A stretch of 59,749 nt of DNA, counting the filler, from Sphacelaria rigidula (lineage: Eukaryota): NCBI GenBank assembly GCA_964200075.2. It is 5 parts of 5 records of this genome, joined end to end, with 100 filler letters (N's around TTAATTAATTAA, not from the genome) between each part and the next. Parts side by side here need not be neighbours in the genome. Positions count along the whole stretch, not along the records: positions 47,882 to 59,749 come from CAXNAA020004399.1; 4 more parts are not named here. The stretch is one strand, 5' to 3'. The notes under the pieces were generated by a model. That model was not told the DNA's origin, searched no databases, and was given only the letters and a program-made list of their open reading frames with translations. The position numbers and the translations under genes were made by a program. Of the stretch, positions 50,901 to 59,749 are shown in pieces; position 1 is the stretch's first letter, and every line of letters begins with the position of its first letter.

Positions 50901-53900
50901 CAATGATACAGCCCGGAAATAGACATGGAATGTAGAGGCGAGCCCTCCTTTTATTCATCCTACCAGAGCACAGCCCGGATATGGGCGTGAAATAGAGAAG
51001 CTAAGCTTTCTTTTTATTCAACGTACCATATTACAGTCCCGGATATCGACATGAAATAGAGGAGCTCACCCTCCTTTTTTTAAACCTACCAGAACACAGC
51101 CCAGACATGGACATGGAGTAAAAAGCTGACCGTCGTTTTTCTTTAACCCACCAAAACACAGGCCGGACATACTGACGGAAGAGACAAGCTAACCCTTCTT
51201 TTTGTCTAACCTACCAGAACACAGCCCGGACATAAACATGGAGTAGAGAACCTATCCCTTTTTCTCCGACCCACCATAACACAGCCCGGACATGGATATG
51301 GAATGTAGAAGCTAGCCCTCCTTTTCTTTAACCGACCATGACACAGCCCGGATATAGGCGTGGAATAGAGAAGCTAAGAACCTTTTGATCCAATGTACCA
51401 TAATGCAGTCCCGAATATAGACATGAAATAGAGGAGCTCTCCCTCGTTTTTTTTCAACCTATCTGAACACAGCCCGGACATGGACATATAATGGAGAAGC
51501 TAAGAACCTTTTGATCCAACGTACCATAATGCAGTCCCGAATATAGACATGAAATAGAGGAGCTCTCCCTCGTTTTTTTTTAACCTACCAGAACACAGCC
51601 CGGACAAAGACATGTAATAGACAAGCTAACCACGCTTTTTCTTCAATCTACCATACACAGCCGGAACGTAGACATGGAAATAAGGCTAGCCCTCCTTTTC
51701 TTCGACCTACCAGAACACAGCCCGGGCATAGTCATGGAATGAAAAAGCGCACCCTCGTTTTTCTTTCACCTATCAGAATACAGCCTGGATATGGACATGA
51801 AATGGAGAAGGTAACCCTCCTTTTTTTTCAATCTACCATACACAGCCCGGACATAGCCATGGAATAGACAATCGAATCCTCCTTTTTCTCTAACCTTCCA
51901 TGACCCAGCCCCGACATGGACATGGAATAAAGAAGCTAACCCTCCTTTTTCCTTCAGCTACAATGACACAGCCCGAGCATGGACATGAAATAGACAAGCT
52001 CACCCCTTTCTTTTTTGAAACAACCATAATACAGCCCGGACATAGACATGAAATGGAGAAGCTAGCTCTCCTTTGTTCCTCAACCTACCAGAACACAGCC
52101 CGGACATAGACATGGGCTAAAGAAGCTAACCCTCTTTTTTTATTTAACCCGCCATCACCCAGCCCCGACATGGACATGGAGTTGAGAAGCTTACCCTCCT
52201 TTCTCGTTGACCCACCAGAACACAGCCCGGACATGGACATGGAGAAGAGAAGCTTGCTCTCCTTTTTTTCAACCTACCAGAACACAGCCCCGGATATAGT
52301 CGTGAGATAGAGAAGCTGACACTTCTTTTTTATTCCACCTACCATGACACAGCCCGGACATAGCCATGGAATAGACTAACTAGCCCTCCTTTTCCCTTCA
52401 CCTACCATGACACAGCCCGGACATGGACATGGAACAGAGAAGATGATCCTCCTTTTTCTCTAACCTACCATAATACTGCACGGACATAAACATGAAATGG
52501 AGAAGCTAGCCCTCCTTTTTCTTCAACCCAGGAGAACACAGCCCGGACACAGGCGCGTAATAGAGGAGCTAAGCTTCCGTTTTATCCTACGTATCATAAT
52601 ACAGCCGCGGATATTGACATGAGACACCCTCCTTTTTCTTCAACCTACCTGAGCACAGGCCGGATGAAGATATGGAATCAAGAAGCTCACCCTCCTTTTG
52701 TTTTCACCCACCAGAACACAGACCGTACATATTTAGACACGAGATGAAGAAGCTGACCATGCTTTTTCTTTAACCTCCCACCGCACAGCCCGGGCGTAGA
52801 CATGGAATGGAGAGGCTGGCCCTCCTGTTTCTTGAACCTACCATACACAGCCCGGACGTAGACATGGAATAGAGGAGCTCACCCTCCTTTTTCTTCAACC
52901 CACCAGAACACAGCCCGGACAAAGACATGAAATCAAGAAGCTTACCCTCGTTTTTTTTCAAACCTACCAGAACACAGCCCAGACATAGACATGAAATAAA
53001 GAAGCTGATCCTGCCTTTTCTTGAACCCACCATAACACAGGCCCGATATAGCCATGGAATAGAAAAGCTAATCCTCCTTTTTCTTCAACCTGCCATGACC
53101 CAGCCCCGACATGGACATGGGGTGAAGAAGCTAACCCTCCTTTTTCTTTGACCTACCATGACACAGCCCGAACATGGACATGGAAAAGACAAGCTCACCC
53201 TTTTTTTTTTGAAACAACAACCATAATACAGCCCGGACATATACATGAAATGGACAAGCTAACCCCCCTTTTCTTTAACCTGCCATGACCCAGCGCGGAC
53301 ATGGACATGGAACAGAGGAGCTGACCCTCCTTTTTCTTTAACCTACGATGATACATCCCGGACATGGACATGGAATGAAGAAGCGAGCCCTCCTTTTCTT
53401 TCACCGACCAGGACATCGCCCGGATATAGGCGTGAACTCGAGAAGCTAAGTTTGTTTTAATTCAACGTACCATATTACAGTCCCGGATATCGACATGAAA
53501 TGGAGGAGCTCACCCTCTTTTTTTTTAAACCTACCAGAACACAGCCCAGACATGGACATGTAGTAAAAAGCTGATCGTCGTTTATCTTCAAGCTACCATA
53601 ACACAGCCCCGACATAGCGATGGAATAGACAAGCTAGCCCTCTTTTTTGTCCAACCCACCAGAACACAGCCCGGACATAAACATGGAGAAGAGAAGCTAA
53701 CCCTCCTTTTCCTTTGACCCACCATAACACAGCCCGGACACAGACACGGAATGGAGAAGCTAGCCCTCCTTTTTCTTTAACCGACCATGACACAGCCCGG
53801 ATATGGGTGTGAAATAGAGGAGCTAAGTTCTTTTTGATCCAACGTACCAATACAGTCCCGGATATACACATGGAATAGAGGAGCTCACCCTCCTTTTTCT

Positions 53901-56900
53901 TCGATCTACCAGAACACAGCCTGGACGAAGACATGAAATCAAGAAGCTAACCATGCTTTTTGTCTAACCCACCAGAACACAGCCCGTACAAATGTATACA
54001 TGAAATGAAGAAAGTAACCCTCTTTTTCTTCGACTTACCAGAACACAGCCCGGACATAGCCATGGAATAGACAAGCTAACCCTCATTTTTCTTCAACCTG
54101 CCATTACCCAGCCTCGACATGGGCATGGAATAAAGAAGCTCATCCTCCTTTTCCTTTGACCCACCATAACGCAGCCCGGACGTAGACATGAAATGGAGAA
54201 GCTAGCCCTCCTTTTCCTTTAACCGACCATGACACAGCCCGGATATGAGCGTGAAATAGAGGAGCTAACCCCCCTTTTGATCCAACGTACCATTATACAT
54301 CCCGGACATGGACATGGAATGGAGAAGCGAGCCCTCCTTTTCTTTCACAGACCAAAACACAGCCCGGATGTAGGCGTGAAATAGAGAAGCTAAGTTTTTT
54401 TTTTCAACGTACCATATTACAGTCCCGCATATCGACATGGAAGAGAGGAGCTCTCCCTCGTTTTTTTTCAAACCTACCAGAACACAAGCCCAGACATAGA
54501 CATGAAATAAAGAAGCTGATCCTGCCTTTTTTTGAGCCCACCATAACACAGCCCCGATATAGCGATGGAAGAGACAAGCTAACCCTCCTTTTTCTTCAAC
54601 TCACCAGAACACAGCCCGGACATAGACATGGAGTAGAGAAGCTTACCCTCCTTTTTCTTTGACCCACCATAACACAGCCCGGACATACACATGGAATAGA
54701 GAAGCTAGCCCTCCTTTTTCTTTAACCGACCATGAGACAGCCCAGATATAGGCGTGGAATAGAGAAGCTAAGTTCCTTTTGATCCAACGTACCATAATAC
54801 AGTCCCGGATATAGACATGGAATAGAGGAGCTCACCCTCCTTTTTCTTCAACCTGCCGTCACACAGCCTGGACGAAGACATGAAATGAAGAAGCTAACCA
54901 TGCTTTTTCTTTTCACCCACCAGAACACAGCCCGTACAAATGTATACATGAAATGAAGAAGCTAACCATGCTTTTTCTTTCACCCATCATCGAACAGCCC
55001 TCCTCTTTCTTCGACCTACCAGGACACAGCCCGGATATAGGCGTGAAGTAGAGAAGCTAAGTTCCTTTTGATCCAACGTACCACAATCCAGTCCCGAATA
55101 TCGACATGAAATAGAGGAGCTCACCCTCCTTTTTCTTCAACCTACCAGAACACAGCCCGAACAAAGACATAAAATGAAGAAGCTCACCCTTTTTTTTGTT
55201 GAACCTACCAGAACACAGCCCGGACATGGACATGAAATGGAGAAGCTAATCACGCTTTTTCTTCAATCCACCATACACAGCCCGGACGTGGACATGGAAA
55301 TAAGGCCAGCCCTCCTTTTCTTCGACCTCCCATAACACAGCCCGGACATAGACATGGGGTGAAGAAGCTCACCCTTCTTTTTCTCAAACCCACCATAACA
55401 CAGCCTGGATATGGACATGAAATGAAGAAGGTAATCCTCCTTTTTCTTCAACCTACCAGAACACAGCCCGGACATAGCCATGGAATAGACAAGCTAACCC
55501 TCCTTTTTCTTTGACCTACAATGACCAGCCCGGACATGAACATGAGATAGAGGAGCTGACCCTCCTTTTTCTTTAACCTACCGTAACACAGCCCGGACAT
55601 AGACATGGAATATGAAGGCTAGTCATTTTGTTTTTTAAGCTACCAGAACACAAATCGGACATGGACATGGAATATAGACACTGAGCCCCGTTTTTCTAGA
55701 ACCTACCATAACACAGCTCGGAGATAGCCATGGAAGAGACAAGCTAGCCCTCCTTTTTCTTCCAGCTACCGTAACACAGGCCGAACATGGACATGGAATA
55801 GAGAAGCTGACCCTTTTTCTCATGAACCTACCATCACACAGCCCGGACATAGCCATGGAATTGACAAGCTAACATTCCTCTTTCTTTCACCGATCATAAC
55901 ACATCCCTGACATAGACGTGAAATAGAGAAGCTAGCCCACCTTTTCTTTCAACTACCGGAAGACAGCCCGGACATGGACATGAAATGAAGAGCTAACTTT
56001 TGTTTTGTTTTCAACCTACCGTAGTATAGCCCGGACATGGACATGGAATAGAGTAGGTCACCCTCTTTTCTCTTTCACCTATCAGAACACAGCCCGGACA
56101 TAGACATGGGATAAAGAAGCTGACCCTTGTTTTCCTTTACCCTACCATAACACAGCCCGAACATGGCCATGGAACACACAAGCTAACCCTCCTATTTCTT
56201 TCACCTACCAGAACACAGCTCGCACATAGCCATAACTAACCCTCCTTTTTCTTTCACCTACCATGATACAGCCCATATATAGACGTGAAATAGGAGAGTT
56301 AACCCTCGTTTTATTCAATGTACCATGATACAGATCCAGACATGGACATGAAATGCAGAAGCTAGCCCTTCTTTTTCTTTAACCTACCAGAACACAGCCC
56401 GAACATAACCATGGAATAGACCAGGTGACCCTTGTTTTTCTTTAACCTACCATGGCACAGCCCGGACATAGACATGGGATAGAAAAGCTAACCCTCCTTT
56501 TTCTTTAACCTACCATGACGCAGCCCGGACATGGACATGGAATAGAAAGGCTGACCCTCTTTTTTATTCAACCTACCAGAACACAGCTCGAACATAGCCA
56601 CGGAATAGGGAAGGTGACCCTATTTTTTCTTGACCTACCAAAATACAGCCCGGACATGGACATGAAAAGGAGAAGCTAGCCCTCCTTTGTCCCTCACCTA
56701 TCATAGCACAGCCCGGATATAGACGTGAAGTAGAGAAGCTAACCCTATTTTCCATTTAAGGTATCATGATACAGCCCCGGCCATGGACATGAAATGGAGA
56801 AGCTAGGCCTCCTCTTTCTTTGACCTACCAGAACACAGCCCAGACATGGACATGGAATAGCAAAACTGACCCTGTTTTTTCTTTAACCTACCATAATACA

Positions 56901-59140
56901 GCCCGGACATAGACATGAAATGGAGAAGCTAGCCCTCCTTTTTCTTCAACCTACCAGGACACAGCCCGGGCATTGCCATGCAAATGACAAGCTTACACTC
57001 CTTCTTTTTCACCTGTAATGACACAGCGCGAACATTGGCATGGAAGAGTGAACCCTCCTTTTTCTTCGACCTAACTTGACACAGCCTGAACATAGACATG
57101 GAATAGAAAAGCTAGCCCTCCTTTTGTTTTAACCAACCATGACACAACTCGGATATGGGCGTAAAATACAGATGCTAAGCTTTTTTTTTTTTAATGTACC
57201 ATGATACAGCCCCGGAAATAGACATGAAATAGAGGAGGTCACCCTCCTTTTTCTTCAACCTACCAGAACACGGCCCGGACAAAGACATGAACTGAAGAAG
57301 CTCACCGTCGTTTGGTTTTTCAACCTACCAGACTACAGCCCGGACAAAGACAGAAATGAAGAAGCTGACCATGCTTTTCTTTCAACCTACCATAACACAG
57401 CCCGCATAAGACATGGACTAGACAGGAAAATCCTCCTCTTTCTTCAACCGATCATAACACAGCCCGGATATAGACGTGAAATAGAGAAGTTAACCCTCTT
57501 TTTCATTCAATGTACCATGATACTGCCCCGGACATGAACATGCAATGGAGAAGCTAGCCCTTCTCTTTTTTTGACCTGCCAGAACGCAGCCCGGACATGG
57601 ACGTGAAATGAAGAGCTAACCCCCTTTTTTTTTCAACCTACCGTACCATAGCCCGGACATGGACATGAAATAGAGAAGCTCACCCTATTTTGTTTTATTC
57701 AGCTATTATATCACAGCCCGGACATGGACATGGAATATCAAGGCTAACACTCCTTTTTTTCCAAGATACCAGGCCCAGACATGGACATGGGATGAAAAAG
57801 CTGACCGTTGTTTTTCTTCACCCTACCGTAACACAGCCCGAACATAGACATGCAAGACACAAGCTAACCCTCCTTTTTCTTTGATCCGCCAGAACACAGC
57901 CCGGACATAGCCATGGTATAGAGAAGCTAATCCTACTTTTTCTTCAACCTACAATGACCAGCCCGGACATAGACATGAAATAGAGGAGCTGACCCTCCTT
58001 TTTTTGCCACCTACCGTAACACAGCCCGGACATGGCCATGGAAGAGGCGACCTAGCCCTCCATTCTCTTTCATGTACCATAACACAGCCCGGACATGGAC
58101 ATGGAAGAGAGGAGCTGACCCTCCTTTTGTTTTGACCGACGAGAACACAGCCCGGACATTGGCATGAAATAAAGAAGCTAACCCTCCTTTTTTCTTCAAC
58201 CTACCATGATACAGCCCGGATATAGACGTGAAATAGAGGAGCTAACCTTTTTTTGTATTCGATGTACCAGGATACAGCCCCGGGCATGGACATGAAATGG
58301 AGAAGCTAGCCCTCCTTTTTCTTCAACCCAACAGAACACAACCCGGACATAGCCATGGAATGGACAAGTTGAACCTTGTTTTTCTTTAACCCACCATGAC
58401 ACAGCCCGGATACAGACTTGGAATAGATCAGCAGATCTCCTTTTTTCTTCAACCTACTATGACACAGCCCAGACATGGACATGGAATAGAGAAGTACACC
58501 CTCTTTTTTCTTGAATCTACCATAATACAGCCCGGACATGGACATGAAGTGGAGAAGCTAGCCCTCCTTGTACTTTAACCTACCAGAACACAGCCCGGAC
58601 ATAGCCATGGAATAAAGAAGCTAACCTTTTATTTTATTTAACCTGCCATGACACAGCCCGAACATTGACATGGAATAGAGAAGCTAACCCTCCTTTTGCT
58701 GAAATCTACCATGACACAGCCCGGACATGGACATGGAATAAAAAGCTGACCCTCCTTTTCCTTTAACCTACCATAATACAGCCCGAACAAAGACATTGGG
58801 TGGAGAAGCTAGCCCTCCTTTTTCTTGAACCGACCGGAACACAGCCCGGATATAGGCGTAAAATAGAGAAGCTAAGCCTTCTTTTTATTCAACATACCAT
58901 AACACAGCCTGGAATGGGCGTGAAATAGAGAAGTTAGCCCTCTTTTTTATTCAACGTACCATAATACAGCCCCGAATATAGGCGTAAAATAGAGAAGCTA
59001 GGTTTTTTTTAATTCAACCTACCTTGACACAGCCCGGGCAAAGACATGAACTGAAAAAGCCCACCCTCGTTCGGTTTTTCAATCTACCTTGACACAGCCC
59101 GGACAAAGAAATGAAATGAAGCAGCTGACCATGCTTTTTT
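47940..59140. repeat. Tandem satellite-like array, 63-bp monomer, roughly 175-180 copies
   Basis: Consensus ~AACCTACCAGAACACAGCCCGGACATAGACATGGAATAGAGAAGCTAACCCTCCTTTTTCTTC. Equivalent positions at 50461, 50524, 50587 and 50650 give a 63-bp period. Runs from near the contig start, so may be longer. Confidence 0.97.
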
Positions 59141-59274
59141 TCCCAATTTTCCAATTGGTTGTTGTCTCAGGCTATTCCAGATTCGGCTATAGATTTCTGT
59201 GACAGAAAACACTCTCGTTTTTTTCGAAATACTTGAAAAAACCCCAGCAGAACCTCTAAAAAAAACAGCAGAAC

Positions 59275-59502
59275 CTGCTCAAAAGATGACCCCATTATCT
59301 TGACTACAGCGTGGTACACTCAGAACCAGACAACTCTGCAGTGGTGTATGAACTGCAAAGTACTACTCTCAACACCGGACGGCGAACCTTTCGGAAAACT
59401 GCTTAAAAGATGACTCCATTATCTTGACTACAGGGTGGTACACTCAGAACCAGACAACCCTGCAGTGGTCTATGAACTGCAGAGTACTACTCTCAACACC
59501 AG
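59275..59502 (+). repeat. Two-copy ~124-bp tandem repeat at the right flank of the satellite
   Basis: AAAAGATGAC.CCATTATCTTGACTACAG.GTGGTACACTCAGAACCAGACAAC...AGTACTACTCTCAACACC at ~59281 and ~59405. Confidence 0.85.
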
Positions 59503-59749
59503 ACAGGGCAGTTATGCCGTGTTTTCTGGTCGCTCGTGACGGACTGTATTCAAATGCAAAAACTTGTCACCCAGATCTGCACGTTGAGAGAGGCAGCGGA
59601 GTACTACACTCAACAGAAAACAACACAGATGTTCTGCAGCATCACGAGAAATCACGCGCCGTTCTAATCGCGTTCCGCACGAGAAGGAGAAGAAGCAACA
59701 GCAGCAGTATCAGCAGCATCTTTACTGCCAGTAGATGTACGCGGCTGGG

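Noticed and set aside
47978..58578. Many short ORFs inside the satellite
   Set aside because: By-products of a 63-bp period; all frames are interrupted by stops and indels.
47940..59140. CRISPR array or repeat-spacer system
   Set aside because: The whole 63-bp unit is homologous between copies, there are no unique spacers, no cas genes, and the context is eukaryotic.

Overview
Eukaryotic, intron-rich genomic DNA, most consistent with a brown alga or other photosynthetic stramenopile (inferred from gene style, not proven). The window is not one locus. It is five contigs of descending length (11872, 11871, 11870, 11868, 11868 bp) joined by artificial 100-bp spacers (N44-TTAATTAATTAA-N44), so adjacency across spacers is meaningless. 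Contig 1 holds a spliced + strand gene fragment ending in an NLP/NIN-type GAF-like domain, with decayed coding relics in a putative 5.8-kb intron. Contig 2 holds the first 11 exons of an ABCF1/ABC50-like gene with a ~660-aa charged N-terminal extension; all ten introns up to the Walker A exon are phase 0. Contig 3 holds a SHAQKYF-class 1R-MYB gene with one or two very long low-complexity exons. Contig 4 holds a minus-strand spliced gene of unknown function and a + strand exon of a probably plastid-targeted protein. Contig 5 is an ~11.2-kb array of a 63-bp monomer with ordered variants and internal block duplications. Introns and intergenic DNA carry a tRNA-derived SINE, hairpin MITEs/foldback elements and other dispersed repeats. 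No rRNA, functional tRNA or CRISPR array was seen. All alignments and translations were done by eye.
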